Counted from the first letter of the stretch, positions 28,646 through 39,012 are shown. The stretch: DNA of 64,000 nt from Minisyncoccia bacterium (GCA_041736805.1 JBGSSW010000011.1:18395-82394), one strand, 5' to 3'. The notes: generated from the letters alone by a model not told the origin. Made by a program: numbers and translations.

Positions 28646-30067
28646 TTATTTTTCTTCTTTAATAACAGGTCTTTCTGCTCCCTTTTCGTATTTATATAAA
28701 GGCAAGGCTGAAAATGACTCTAATATAGGTGTAATAAAGCTCCAAGCTGCTTCTACTTCCTTACCACTAACGAATCTAGTCTGGTCCCCAATGATACAAT
28801 CATACAAAACTCTTTCGTAAGCTTCTGGTGAACGAAATACCTCAGTCTCATGTTTGGTCAAAACTAATTTTCTCTCTTGAAGTTTAAATTCAAAACTAGG
28901 CTCCTTAACCCACATTGTTAATGAAATGCTTTGTTCTGGAGAAATTGTAATTGTTAAAACATTACGATGACTATGTACTTCGCTCTCAGCTACACAAACA
29001 CAATTATCAATTGGTTTAAAGGTAATTACCGCTTCAGTTAAGGATTGATTTAAGGCTTTACCGGACTCTAATGTCACTTGGACATTTTTCCAAAGCTCAC
29101 TATCAATATGTGTTTCTAATTTAAAATAAGTTTCTGTTTTGCTTTCGGAAGCGACTCCAGACGTTTCTAAATAGCCATCGTATTGAGCTCTTAATCGTAA
29201 ATCAGTGTCGTGAATGGACAAAGATTTCAAAGCTGACAAGCGACTAGCCCGAACTGAGTCTGCTGAATTAATATCAACTGGTTTCATGGTCAGAAGAGAC
29301 AGCATTTGCAACATATGGTTTTGACCAACGTCGCGCAGTGCCCCAATCCCGTCATAAAATGAACCGCGAGTTGAAACATCTTGTTTTTCAAATAATCGTA
29401 GTTTAATTGACTCAATTCTTTCACCGTTCCATGAGTCAGAAATAATACTATTTGCAAATCTTAACGAAATTATATTTTCAATGGCATCTTTGGCTAAATA
29501 ATGATCAATTCGATAGATTTGTTCTTCGGTAAATAACTCACAAAGTTGCTTTTCTAGACTTTGAGCTGTTACTAAATCGCTACCAAAAGGCTTTTCTACC
29601 AACAGCCGAGACCAAGAGCCTAATCCGTCGCAAAGTGACATAGCTTGGCTCTTTTTTAGATTCTCAAATATTTCAGCGTAGAGATTTGGTGGTACAGCTA
29701 AATAAAATAATTTACTTGTGCATTGTCCAACCTCTGTGTCAAAAAGATTTAATTCATCTTTTATCCTTTCGTAGGCTGCTTCATCTGCAAAGCTACCGGA
29801 AGCAAAGCGAACGTGCGAGCAAAAATTAGCCAATTCTTCTTCCTTATATTCACTTACCTTGGTCTTGATACTTTGTCTAGCAAATTGTTGATACTGTTCA
29901 TTTGATAGTTCTTTTCTGGAAAGACCAATAATTGTAAATCGGGTTGGTAATAGTTTGGTCTGGTACAGATTGAAAAGAGCTGGTAATAATTTAGTTTCGG
30001 CCAAATTTCCAGTACCACCAAAAATAACAATTGCTGTTGGGTAGTTTAAGTCATCTTTTTTTGCCAT
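28646..30067 (-). CDS. zwf: glucose-6-phosphate 1-dehydrogenase
   Basis: IFGGTGNLA NADP-binding motif. EKPFG (VEKPFGSD) and RIDHYLAKD (G6PD active-site motif). Start taken at MAKKDDL. Confidence 0.8.
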   Translation of the reverse strand: MAKKDDLNYPTAIVIFGGTGNLAETKLLPALFNLYQTKLLPTRFTIIGLSRKELSNEQYQQFARQSIKTKVSEYKEEELANFCSHVRFASGSFADEAAYERIKDELNLFDTEVGQCTSKLFYLAVPPNLYAEIFENLKKSQAMSLCDGLGSWSRLLVEKPFGSDLVTAQSLEKQLCELFTEEQIYRIDHYLAKDAIENIISLRFANSIISDSWNGERIESIKLRLFEKQDVSTRGSFYDGIGALRDVGQNHMLQMLSLLTMKPVDINSADSVRASRLSALKSLSIHDTDLRLRAQYDGYLETSGVASESKTETYFKLETHIDSELWKNVQVTLESGKALNQSLTEAVITFKPIDNCVCVAESEVHSHRNVLTITISPEQSISLTMWVKEPSFEFKLQERKLVLTKHETEVFRSPEAYERVLYDCIIGDQTRFVSGKEVEAAWSFITPILESFSALPLYKYEKGAERPVIKEEK

Positions 30068-30162
30068 CAAACTATAATACACTTTGAAACCTAGTTCGGA
30101 CACCCCTTTATTTTTCAAGTAAAAGTAAAAGCCCACCGCTTACGCGATGGGCTTTTACTAGT

Positions 30163-32871
30163 CTAGGCAGCCACCATATCTCTCTTACTAACTACTTTTT
30201 TCTTTGTTTTGTTAGCTTTATTCTTTACTCCTTGTCTTTTGACTTCAAATTGTAGTTCGTCCTTTTTTACCGAAACCTTTACAAATCCTCTTTGTAACAT
30301 CCCTTCACCGACCATCATATTTGCTACCGGTGTCAAAATCCTACTTTGAATCACTCGCTTTAATGGTCTAGCCCCAAACTTTGGATCGTAACCTTGCTTA
30401 GCCAAGTAATCTAATACATCATCTGTAACAGAAAGTGCAATTTCCTTTTTCTCCAAACGCTTTCTTACATCCTCAATTTGAATATCAACAATACTGCGAA
30501 TTGTAGTTGGGGAAAGAATGTCAAAAATAATTATTTCATCCAACCGGTTCAAGAATTCTGGACGGAAGAATAATTTCAAACTATCCATAACCTTATCCTT
30601 GGCTTGTGTATACTGGGCAACATCTCCCTTATCGGAAGCAAAACCGAAACTAGACATACGGTCTATATGCTCAGCTCCAATATTGGAAGTCATAATAATT
30701 ACAGTATTACGGAAATTTACTTTACGTCCCTTGGCGTCAGTTAGATGGCCTGAGTCTAGTACTTGTAACAAAATATTAAAGACTTCAGGATGAGCCTTTT
30801 CAATCTCATCCAACAAAATAACTGAGTATGGCCGGTGACGCACTCTTTCAGTAATCGAACCTCCTTCTTCATGACCCACATATCCAGGTGGAGAGCCAAT
30901 AATTTTTGAAACTGAATGTTTCTCCATAAACTCAGACATATCAATACGAACCAATGAATCAGGGTCGTTGAACATAAATTCAGTCAAAGCTCTTGAGAGT
31001 TCTGTTTTACCAACTCCGGTTGGACCCAAAAATAGAAATGACCCAATTGGCCTATTAGGATCAGAGATGCCGGCTCGCGAACGTTTGATAGCATCAGCGA
31101 CTAGTTTAATGGCGTGTGTTTGTCCGACTACTTTTTCTTTTAAGAAATCTTCCATGCGAGACAACTTCATGGCTTCAGCCTCTAGCATTCTTGATACTGG
31201 AATACCAGTCCAGCGTGAAACCACTCCAGCAATGTCTTCTTCAGTCACCTCTTCTTTTAACAATCTTCGATTATGCTGTAGTTTCTTTAATTTCTTTAAT
31301 TTTTCATCCAATTCACGCTGAGTAGAAGGAATTGAATCGTAGCGAATTTCAGCAGCCTTAGTTAAGTCAGCAATAGCTTCAGCATTTTCAGCCTCAACTC
31401 TTAATTCTTCCAACTCTTTCTTTAATCTACTTATTTCACCTAAAGCTGCTCTTTCGTTAATCCACTTTGTTTCGATTGCTGAAGTAGTTTCTTTTAAATC
31501 ACCAACTTCTCTTTCGATTTCCTTTATCCTTTCTTTAATTTTCTTTTTATTTTCAGAAATTTCTACTTCTTTGCGCAAAGCTTCTCGTTCTATTTCCAAA
31601 CGACGCACTTTTCGGTCAGCGATCACCAATTCTTCAGGCTTATTCTCTAGAGAAATACGTAAAGCTGAAGCAGCCTCATCAATCAAATCCACTGCCTTAT
31701 CAGGCAAGAAACGGTCAGAAATATACCTTGAAGAAAGGTTTACGGCTGAGACAATGGCGTCATCACTAATACGAACCCCGTGGAATAACTCATACTTTTC
31801 TGACAGACCACGTAAAATCGCAATCGCATCTTCCGGAGATGGTTCGTTTACAAACACGGGCTGAAAGCGCCTTGTTAGGGCTGGGTCTTTTTCAATATGT
31901 TTTTGGTATTCTTTAAGAGTCGTAGCGCCAATCACTCTCATTTCTCCCCGAGCCAAAGCTGGCTTTAGCATATTTGAAGCATCCATTGAACCCTCGGCCT
32001 GACCCGCTCCCACAATTGTATGTAATTCATCAATAAATAAAATCACTCCGCCATTTGAAGCTTCAACCTCTTTCATAACTGACTTCAACCTATCTTCAAA
32101 TTCACCCCGAAACTTTGTTCCAGCCACCAAGAGACCCAAGTCCAAAGATAAAATTTCTTTATCTTTAACTGATTCTGGCACTTGACCAAGGACAACCTGT
32201 TGAGCCAATCCTTCAGCAATTGCGGTCTTGCCGACACCGGCTTCTCCAATCAAAACTGGATTATTTTTGGTGCGACGTGAAAGAATTTGTATCACTCGCT
32301 GGATTTCCATATCACGACCAATTACTGGATCGAGTTTGTTTTCTTGAGCTAACTTAGTCAGGTTTCTAGTGTACTTTGTGAGAGCGCGATATTTTTTGGG
32401 AGCATGAACATCTGAGGCACTACTATGCTCTCTGATTTCCTTTACCGTACGAACCACTTTTTCTTTTTCTACCCCCATACGCTGCAGCATTTCCGCTGCT
32501 GGACCGGGATGTTCTAAAGTAGCAATAAATAAATGCTCAACTCCAACATAAGAATCTCCCATTTGTTCTGCCAATTGTCCAGAAAATTCTAACGCCTTGG
32601 CTAGTTCAGGAGTTAGGTATAGTTGATAAGAGGGCGAAATGGTAGTTTGGGCCTCAGCCGCCTCCAAAGCTTCAAGTAGCAAATCTGTGAACGCAATAAT
32701 ATCAATATCTAAACGGTCTAACACGGAAATCACAGTACTTTCATCTTGCATGGCTAAAGCAGTCAAAAGATGAATTGGGCTGACATGATTTTGTCCACGC
32801 TCAATAGCAAGCTCATGGGCTTTTCTAATTGCTTCCTTTGCTTTTGATGTAAAATTTTGAAAATTAGGCAT
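30163..32871 (-). CDS. clpB: ATP-dependent chaperone ClpB
   Basis: Clp N domain and two AAA+ modules ([16 protein letters not shown]). A long coiled-coil M domain between them points to ClpB rather than ClpC. Confidence 0.85.
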   Translation of the reverse strand: MPNFQNFTSKAKEAIRKAHELAIERGQNHVSPIHLLTALAMQDESTVISVLDRLDIDIIAFTDLLLEALEAAEAQTTISPSYQLYLTPELAKALEFSGQLAEQMGDSYVGVEHLFIATLEHPGPAAEMLQRMGVEKEKVVRTVKEIREHSSASDVHAPKKYRALTKYTRNLTKLAQENKLDPVIGRDMEIQRVIQILSRRTKNNPVLIGEAGVGKTAIAEGLAQQVVLGQVPESVKDKEILSLDLGLLVAGTKFRGEFEDRLKSVMKEVEASNGGVILFIDELHTIVGAGQAEGSMDASNMLKPALARGEMRVIGATTLKEYQKHIEKDPALTRRFQPVFVNEPSPEDAIAILRGLSEKYELFHGVRISDDAIVSAVNLSSRYISDRFLPDKAVDLIDEAASALRISLENKPEELVIADRKVRRLEIEREALRKEVEISENKKKIKERIKEIEREVGDLKETTSAIETKWINERAALGEISRLKKELEELRVEAENAEAIADLTKAAEIRYDSIPSTQRELDEKLKKLKKLQHNRRLLKEEVTEEDIAGVVSRWTGIPVSRMLEAEAMKLSRMEDFLKEKVVGQTHAIKLVADAIKRSRAGISDPNRPIGSFLFLGPTGVGKTELSRALTEFMFNDPDSLVRIDMSEFMEKHSVSKIIGSPPGYVGHEEGGSITERVRHRPYSVILLDEIEKAHPEVFNILLQVLDSGHLTDAKGRKVNFRNTVIIMTSNIGAEHIDRMSSFGFASDKGDVAQYTQAKDKVMDSLKLFFRPEFLNRLDEIIIFDILSPTTIRSIVDIQIEDVRKRLEKKEIALSVTDDVLDYLAKQGYDPKFGARPLKRVIQSRILTPVANMMVGEGMLQRGFVKVSVKKDELQFEVKRQGVKNKANKTKKKVVSKRDMVAA

Positions 32872-32982
32872 AGTTCAAACTTGATTATACGACACGTTGT
32901 TACAAGACAGAAAAATGGCTGTGCTTAAACAATCAGATACTTTATTATACGTGTTCGTTTCCTCTATATTGCAACGAAAAAA

Positions 32983-34191
32983 CTAGTTGGTCAAGTTATT
33001 CATTTTTTTGAAGTATTTCACCAAAACAACTAGAACATTCTGCATATCTGATTTTGTTGTCTCTTCTCCTAGAGATAAACGTAAAGTTGATTTGGCTCTT
33101 TCACTATTCCCTGTCATTGCTAAGACTACTGCGCTTTCTCCACCATCAGCCCCAGCACAAGCACTTTTAGTACTAACAGATATACCATTAGTATCTAAGT
33201 AAATCACCGCAAACTCGGTATCAAGTTTTGGTAAGGAAATATTTATATTATTAGGTAAACGATTTTCACCATCAGGACCATTTAATAAAGCTTCGGGTAA
33301 AGCAGCTTGTAGCTCAACAATAAAAGCCTCTCTGATCGCTTGGACTTTTTTTGCTCGCTCTGAATAATTCACTTGAGCAATTTCTAAAGCTTTTGCTGCT
33401 CCGACAATTCCAGCCACATTTTCTGTCCCCGGTCGCAGCCCAGACTCCTGTCCCCCACCATACAAAATTGGTGACAAAGCAGTCAAAGAGCGGTTCGCTA
33501 AAATACCGACCCCTTTTGGTCCATTACATTTTCCGACATCTAGCGACATCATATCTACTCCCAATCTTTCTAACTCACAAGGTAACCAGAGTGGAGCCTG
33601 GGCCGCATCTATGTGTAATGAAATTTTAGTATTATTTTCTCTTTCGTATTTTCTTACTACTCTGGCTAAACGAGATACGGCTTGAACTGTACCAACTTCA
33701 CTATTAGCATACGCAAAAGTAATCAATTTGGTTCTAGAGCTCAAAACACTACTCAAGGCCTCAACTGTGACTTTACCTTCACTATCAATGGGCACATATT
33801 TAATCACGGCCCCTTTGTTTATTAAAAGTGGTAGTAATTCAGTAATTGAAGGGTGTTCAATTTTTGTGGTAATTATCTCAATCTCTTTATACGCCAACCC
33901 CTGAATATTGTGAAGATTTTCTACAAAACCCAAGATGGCTAAATTGTTACTCTCTGTACCCCCAGAGGTAAAGACTACTTCGCTTGCTTTTATTCCTAGT
34001 ATCGAGGCTACTTTTTCTCTAGCTGACTCAACGGCCTGCCTTGCTTGTACCCCTTCAAAATGAACAGCACTTGGATTACCAAAAGTATCTTCCCAAAATG
34101 GCAACATTACTTCCTTCACCTGTGGGTGTATTGGCGTAGCCGCGGCGTGATCAAGATAAATTCGCTTTTTTTTAGGCTTAGTGAAAAACAT
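32983..34191 (-). CDS. cysteine desulfurase (class V aminotransferase, IscS/NifS-like)
   Basis: N-terminal IYLDHAAATP and a PLP-lysine region (SLDVGKCNGPKGVG) are typical of the family. Confidence 0.7.
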   Translation of the reverse strand: MFFTKPKKKRIYLDHAAATPIHPQVKEVMLPFWEDTFGNPSAVHFEGVQARQAVESAREKVASILGIKASEVVFTSGGTESNNLAILGFVENLHNIQGLAYKEIEIITTKIEHPSITELLPLLINKGAVIKYVPIDSEGKVTVEALSSVLSSRTKLITFAYANSEVGTVQAVSRLARVVRKYERENNTKISLHIDAAQAPLWLPCELERLGVDMMSLDVGKCNGPKGVGILANRSLTALSPILYGGGQESGLRPGTENVAGIVGAAKALEIAQVNYSERAKKVQAIREAFIVELQAALPEALLNGPDGENRLPNNINISLPKLDTEFAVIYLDTNGISVSTKSACAGADGGESAVVLAMTGNSERAKSTLRLSLGEETTKSDMQNVLVVLVKYFKKMNNLTN

Positions 34192-34326
34192 TTCAAAATC
34201 ATGACACAAGGTGAAAAATATGTAAATCTTTGCTATACTGCCTGCACTTATTTATTAGTACGCCATTTTAAGGCTTTTTAAATGAACAAACGAGCACACC
34301 AGTGCGACTATTGTGAATTTATACCG

Positions 34327-34371
34327 TTGCCTCGACAGATTCGACCTCATAGAGAGAATCTGTCGAGGCAA
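34327..34371 (+). promoter_or_regulatory. perfect 16-bp inverted repeat in the infB leader (TTGCCTCGACAGATTC ... GAATCTGTCGAGGCAA)
   Basis: Arms 16/16 complementary with a 13-nt loop, ending 20 nt before the infB ATG. No T-run follows, so it is not an intrinsic terminator. Confidence 0.5.
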
Positions 34372-34390
34372 TCAGTTGCTTGTACACACC

Positions 34391-35890
34391 ATGAAAAAAC
34401 AAAAAAATAACAAGGAAAATATAGTTAAGCGACCGCCGATTGTGGTTGTGATGGGTCATATTGACCATGGCAAATCTACACTATTAGACTACATTCGTAA
34501 AAGTAACGTGGTTGACGCTGAAGCTGGCGGAATCACCCAACACCTTTCAGCTTACGTAGTTAGTCACAAGACCAAGGAAGGTAGTAATGAGCAAATAACT
34601 TTCTTAGACACTCCAGGCCACGAAGCCTTCCAGAAAATGCGTCTGCGTGGAGCTGATGTGGCCGACATCGCGATTTTGGTTGTTTCAGCGGAAGATGGTG
34701 TTAAACCACAAACTCTAGAAGCACTTAACTCCATCAAGCAAGCTAATATTCCTTACATTGTTGCTATCAACAAAATTGACAAGCCTGGTGCTGATATTGT
34801 TCGTACTCAATCTAGTCTGATTGAGAATGAAATCTACGTTGAAGGTATGGGTGGGGATATACCTTGGGTTGGTGTTTCCGCTAAGTCTGGTGAAGGAATT
34901 CATGAACTACTAGATTTAGTAATTCTCTCAGCAGAATTAGTGGGGTTGACGGGAGACACTAACGCCGCCGCCGTTGGACAAATTATCGAAGGACGTCTTG
35001 ATCCCAAACGAGGCAATACGGCCACTTTAATTGTAAAAGACGGGACCTTAAAAAAAGGTACTTTTGTAGTAGCAGGGACTTCATACACTCCGGTTCGCAT
35101 TATGGAAGATGACCTGGGTAAAACAATTTCTGAAGCCGGCCCATCTGTTCCAGTCGGAATAGTTGGTTTTAATGAAACTCCAGCTATTGGTACCAACTTC
35201 TACACTGTTAACTCAAAAAAAGAAGCTGAAGTAGCTATTGAAGCAAATCAAACTAAGCCAGCTGAGTATGTCCGCCAAGTGAACTCATTGCCAACTATCC
35301 CGATTCTAATTAAAGCCGATGTATTGGGTACAATTGAAGCCATTGAACACGAGCTTAGTAAATTTACTTCTGACCGTATTGCCGTAAGAATTATCAGTAC
35401 TGGAGTGGGAGACATCACCTCAAACGACATTCAAAATGTTAGCGCGACCAAAAACTCAATCGTGGTAGGTTTTAATGTAAAAGTCGAAAGACAAGCAGCT
35501 GAACTAGCAGAAAGATTAGGGGTTGAAATCGATACTTTTAGTATCATCTATGAATTATCTGATTGGTTAAACACGGCCCTAAAAAACCGCACTCCTCAAA
35601 TTGAAGAAATGAAAGTTACCGGAAAAGTAAAAGTACTAAAATTCTTTAGTACGCAAAAGAATCTTCATGTTTTAGGAGCCCGTGTAGAGGAAGGAATGAT
35701 AAAAATGAATCAAAAAGTAAAAATCACACGTCGTGATATTGAAGTTGGTAAAGGAACAATAAAAAATCTGCAGCAGTACAAATCTGACGTACAACATGTT
35801 GAAGAGGGTGAATTTGGACTCCAATTAGAAACCAAGAATGAAGTTGCGCCTGGTGACCACCTAGAACCGTACGATCTAATAATTACATAA
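34391..35890 (+). CDS. infB: translation initiation factor IF-2, short form
   Basis: G domain [28 protein letters not shown]. Followed by rbfA. Confidence 0.85.
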   Translation: MKKQKNNKENIVKRPPIVVVMGHIDHGKSTLLDYIRKSNVVDAEAGGITQHLSAYVVSHKTKEGSNEQITFLDTPGHEAFQKMRLRGADVADIAILVVSAEDGVKPQTLEALNSIKQANIPYIVAINKIDKPGADIVRTQSSLIENEIYVEGMGGDIPWVGVSAKSGEGIHELLDLVILSAELVGLTGDTNAAAVGQIIEGRLDPKRGNTATLIVKDGTLKKGTFVVAGTSYTPVRIMEDDLGKTISEAGPSVPVGIVGFNETPAIGTNFYTVNSKKEAEVAIEANQTKPAEYVRQVNSLPTIPILIKADVLGTIEAIEHELSKFTSDRIAVRIISTGVGDITSNDIQNVSATKNSIVVGFNVKVERQAAELAERLGVEIDTFSIIYELSDWLNTALKNRTPQIEEMKVTGKVKVLKFFSTQKNLHVLGARVEEGMIKMNQKVKITRRDIEVGKGTIKNLQQYKSDVQHVEEGEFGLQLETKNEVAPGDHLEPYDLIIT

Positions 35891-35898
35891 TCTCTCTT

Positions 35899-36258
35899 AT
35901 GTCAGACCGTCATCTTCGTGTAGAATCCTTGATTAGAGAACTAGTAGCTAGCTTTATTCAGCAAGAGGCAAATACTGATCCTTTGATTACAGTTACTCGA
36001 ACTTCGACTTCTCCTGATTATCGTCGGGTAACAATTTTCTTTACTACTATTCCCGATGGCCGCGAAGAAGATGCTTTAAATTTCTTGAAGCGTTGCGGAA
36101 GTGAACTTCGCGGTTACATCAAAAAGAAGAGTAATCTGAAAATAATACCCTTTATTGAGTTCAGTGTTGATTATGGAGAACGTCACAGGCAAGACATCGA
36201 TGTTATTGCCAGAGAAATAGAAGACCAAGCAAATAAATCGTCTGAGGGCAGAGTCTAA
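35899..36258 (+). CDS. rbfA: ribosome-binding factor A
   Basis: RbfA-like sequence (RVESLIRELVASFI...VTRTSTSPDYRRVTIFFT) directly downstream of infB, the conserved gene order. Confidence 0.75.
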   Translation: MSDRHLRVESLIRELVASFIQQEANTDPLITVTRTSTSPDYRRVTIFFTTIPDGREEDALNFLKRCGSELRGYIKKKSNLKIIPFIEFSVDYGERHRQDIDVIAREIEDQANKSSEGRV

Positions 36259-36308
36259 TACTTTTGTTTTAGTCGAAAAAAATGCTAAAGTAGTGCGTAC
36301 AGAAATTA

Positions 36309-36382
36309 AGTCCTGGTGGCGAAGTGGTTAACGCTGCGGTTTGCAAAACCGCCATACGTGGGTTCAACTCCCACCCAGGACT
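36309..36382 (+). tRNA. tRNA-Cys (GCA)
   Basis: Acceptor GTCCTGG/CCAGGAC with discriminator U. Anticodon stem GCGGT/ACCGC, loop TTGCAAA. Confidence 0.8.
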
Positions 36383-36570
36383 CAAGTGTTTGCCGCGGCA
36401 AACACGAGTTCTGGGTGGGAGTTGAAAAGCGAGCGATGTGAGGTGCTTTTCATTAAGCAACCGAACCAGCGAGCTATGGTCAAGCAAATAAGTTTATTTG
36501 TGAGTCATCAGACGAAACAAATAACCATGAAAGTGACCGACCCCCATTAGCAGAGATAATATATTGCTGT

Positions 36571-36654
36571 GCCCAGATGGTGTAATTGGTAGCCACGCAA
36601 GACTTAAAATTTTGTGGTCGCAAGGCCGTGCGGGTTCGATTCCCGCTCTGGGCA
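36571..36654 (+). tRNA. tRNA-Leu (TAA), type II
   Basis: Acceptor GCCCAGA/TCTGGGC with discriminator A. Anticodon loop CTTAAAA. Long variable arm. T-arm CGGGTTCGATTCCCG. Confidence 0.8.
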
Positions 36655-36778
36655 CCTAAAATTAAAGACCTTATTCCTTTTAGGATAGGGTCTTTAATTT
36701 TAGGCGAGGGAGTCGAAAAGCTTTTGAGATAGATTGACTGAAAGGAAATATATCCAAAAGGTGTACCGAACATGTAAT

Positions 36779-36800
36779 GTTCGATTCCCGCTCTGGGCAC
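36779..36800 (+). repeat. 22-nt exact duplicate of the tRNA-Leu(TAA) 3' end (GTTCGATTCCCGCTCTGGGCAC), att-like scar
   Basis: Identical to 36634–36655, located 125 bp downstream of the intact tRNA. Confidence 0.6.
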
Positions 36801-36845
36801 AATAATAAAAGATGACGGACAAATTGTCCGTCATCTTTTATTATT
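36801..36845. terminator. long perfect palindrome / bidirectional terminator (AATAATAAAAGATGACGGACAA-A-TTGTCCGTCATCTTTTATTATT)
   Basis: ~22-bp perfect inverted repeat with A/T-rich flanks. Confidence 0.55.
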
Positions 36846-36898
36846 GCTAGCGGAAATCGAAGCCTGATTGAGCTTGATTATGAGCTTGCGAAATAATC

Positions 36899-36935
36899 AA
36901 GCCAATTGGGATACTGCTTCTGTAAGAAGCGATTC
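36899..36935. repeat. repeat family B, copy 1: AGCCAATTGGGATACTGC + hairpin GCTTCT-GTAA-GAAGC
   Basis: The same 18-mer recurs at 37427. Each copy is followed by a hairpin with a different stem sequence but the same GTA(A) loop. Confidence 0.5.
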
Positions 36936-37153
36936 CCAGCAAGGTGGCCAGAGCGAGAATCGAAAAGCGGAGCAATGTTAACTTGTGAGCCAGTGTACCA
37001 GGACCCCGGAACACTTAGTAAATTTGAGCCGAAGACTAAAAATATACTTAGTCACGCGCGACCTATTTATTTTTATACATCTTAATTAGTCCTTGCAAAG
37101 CAATCCCCCTAACCTTGTTTAAAGAAAATATATATTGTACACTTCTTTCCATT

Positions 37154-37226
37154 GCGCCCTTAGCTCAGCTGGTAGAGCAGCTCCCTCTTAAGGAGAAGGT
37201 CCAAGGTTCGATCCCTTGAGGGCGCA
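37154..37226 (+). tRNA. tRNA-Lys (CTT)
   Basis: Acceptor GCGCCCT/AGGGCGC with discriminator A. D-arm GCTC-AGCTGGTA-GAGC. Anticodon stem GCTCC/GGAGA, loop CTCTTAA. T-arm CAAGG-TTCGATC-CCTTG. Confidence 0.85.
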
Positions 37227-37233
37227 CTAGAGC

Positions 37234-37279
37234 AAAACAACAAGACCATTATTCAATTGAATAATGGTCTTGTTGTTTT
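37234..37279. terminator. perfect 21-bp palindromic terminator after tRNA-Lys (AAAACAACAAGACCATTATTC-AATT-GAATAATGGTCTTGTTGTTTT)
   Basis: Perfect inverted repeat flanked by A/T runs. A second hairpin, GTACCTGCC-CCGA-GGCAGGTAC, follows at 37281–37302. Confidence 0.65.
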
Positions 37280-37320
37280 AGTACCTGCCCCGAGGCAGGT
37301 ACGGCTCTAGTGCGAACTGG

Positions 37321-37411
37321 AACGATGTGAGTTTGCGAACGAGTGGTAAAACAGTGTCTACACAATGTTTTACGGGTCGAGAAAATTTCTGAAAGAAATT
37401 ATTCGTGACCA
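37321..37411. repeat. structured repeat family A, copy 2, fused to a GGGTCGAGAAAATTTCTGAAAGAAATTATTCGTGACCA module
   Basis: ~88% identical to 19236–19305 with stem changes that keep the pairing. The 3' module is near-identical to 37836–37873. Confidence 0.6.
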
Positions 37412-37426
37412 CATGTGCGCCTCAAT

Positions 37427-37460
37427 ATAGCCAATTGGGATACTGCCCTCGTAGAGGGAG
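37427..37460. repeat. repeat family B, copy 2: AGCCAATTGGGATACTGC + hairpin CCCTC-GTA-GAGGG
   Basis: See copy 1 at 36899. Confidence 0.5.
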
Positions 37461-37651
37461 ATACCCCTTGAGGTATCAGTTTAAGTCACTGACTAACAAA
37501 TATACTTAGTAACTTGTGTCAGACGTTATACTTAATGCCCACGAACAGTTGACTTTTAACTCGTGACTACAAACATATCTATGTATATTTAATTATTTAA
37601 ATTCATCCTCTCGCCATCTCCTCATTTTATGATATACTCTTCCCCACACCC

Positions 37652-37733
37652 GCGTGGGTGGCGAAATTGGTAGACGCGTTAGTCTTAGGAACTAATAGGG
37701 TAACCTGTGGAGGTTCAAGTCCTCTCCCACGCA
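37652..37733 (+). tRNA. tRNA-Leu (TAG), type II
   Basis: Acceptor GCGTGGG/CCCACGC with discriminator A. Anticodon stem TTAGT/ACTAA, loop CTTAGGA. Long variable arm. T-arm GGAGG-TTCAAGT-CCTCT. Confidence 0.8.
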
Positions 37734-37835
37734 CAAATCGACAGACTCAGAAATTTTGTTTCTGAGTCTTTGTCGTTTGTAGTGAGGGAGAGGACTTGAA
37801 AGACGGAGCCGGGGCCCCTTTGGGCCGGCGAGTCC

Positions 37836-37873
37836 GGGTCGAGAAAATTTCTAAAAGAAATTATTCGTGACCA
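37836..37873. repeat. GGGTCGAGAAAATTTCTAAAAGAAATTATTCGTGACCA module, copy 2 (37/38 identical to 37374–37411)
   Basis: Direct sequence comparison. Contains the hairpin AATTTCT-AAA-AGAAATT. Looser relatives (GGGTYGAGAGTACTTA ... TAGTAACTCGTGACC) occur at 19296, 21963 and 59814. Confidence 0.6.
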
Positions 37874-37974
37874 AGTCTTTTTCTCACAAAAGCTATCTAC
37901 TAATTAGCTCAAATTCCTCCGTCATTGAGACAGTATACTCATTGGCTAAAATTTTTCCTTATTCTAAATTATTA

Positions 37975-39012
37975 TTACGCAACCGACCGTAATCTTGCCT
38001 TCTTAAACTGTGCTCCCCTGAAATAACGATTGTAATAACGAGCAAAACGTTTTTTTAAGCCAGTCGGAGCCTTGTCACTTAATTCACACCATCTTGAACA
38101 ATAACCTTGTCTTTTACTAACACAATCTTCACAGCCCAAGAAAAGAACGTGACAAATTTGATTTTTACAATGATAGTGTTTATCACTCTTAGTGGTCCGA
38201 CAAAGATGGCAGTGAGAAATTATTTCGACCCCAATAGTCTCCCCTAGTCTTTCATCAAAAACAAAGTTCTTACCTTTAAATTTATTTGGTAGGCCTTCTC
38301 TTTCGACTTGATGTTTATAATCAATTACTCCCCCTCTAAGGTGTTTTACATTGCTGTAGCCTTGGTGCTTGAGCCAAGCACTAGCTTTTTCGCAGCGAAT
38401 TCCCCCTGTGCAGTATAAAGCAATTTTTTTATTCTTGTGGATTTTCAAGAGCTCAGGTACCACCTTTAATTCTTCACGAAAAGTATCCACATCTGGAGTA
38501 ACAGCATTTTCAAAGTGGCCAATTTCACTTTCGTAAGCATTTCTCATATCTATCACTACCGCTTCTGGATCATCAATATATTTATTCATTTCCGCTGCCG
38601 TCAGGTACTCTCCAGTGTTAGTAACATCAAAACTATCATCATCAAGACCGTCGGCGACAATCTTTGGACGGACCTTAATGGTAAGTTTATAGAAAGATGG
38701 TAAATCACCCTCTTCGACGGCAATTTTATACGGAACACCGGCTAATTCAGGTTGAGCGTGCACCCAGTTGTCAAACTTTTCCCAATTTTCCTTCGGTACA
38801 TTCATTTGGGCATTGATACCTTCGTGAGCAATATAGATTCTACCTAAACAACCCATTTCAGTCCAAGCCAGCAAAAGACGCTGTCTAAACCCTATAGGGT
38901 CAGCGATTTTTACGTAGCGGTAAAAAGACAAGGTGGTACGAGGACGAACATCACCTAAAGCCGCTTGTCTTTTTTCACTTCTTGGCCGGAGATCTTTGGT
39001 AATAGCGGGCAT
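37975..39012 (-). CDS. trhO: rhodanese-related sulfurtransferase / tRNA uridine(34) hydroxylase TrhO (YceA family)
   Basis: Rhodanese active-site loop YCTGGIRCEKA, UPF0176 N-terminal region, and a Cys-rich C-terminus. Confidence 0.7.
   Translation of the reverse strand: MPAITKDLRPRSEKRQAALGDVRPRTTLSFYRYVKIADPIGFRQRLLLAWTEMGCLGRIYIAHEGINAQMNVPKENWEKFDNWVHAQPELAGVPYKIAVEEGDLPSFYKLTIKVRPKIVADGLDDDSFDVTNTGEYLTAAEMNKYIDDPEAVVIDMRNAYESEIGHFENAVTPDVDTFREELKVVPELLKIHKNKKIALYCTGGIRCEKASAWLKHQGYSNVKHLRGGVIDYKHQVEREGLPNKFKGKNFVFDERLGETIGVEIISHCHLCRTTKSDKHYHCKNQICHVLFLGCEDCVSKRQGYCSRWCELSDKAPTGLKKRFARYYNRYFRGAQFKKARLRSVA

Noticed and set aside
36269-36800. Three ORFs in the track (36269..36487 −, 36341..36550 +, 36480..36800 −)
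   Set aside because: They lie over tRNA-Cys, tRNA-Leu(TAA), the duplicated tRNA fragment and the terminators. They have no coding signal.
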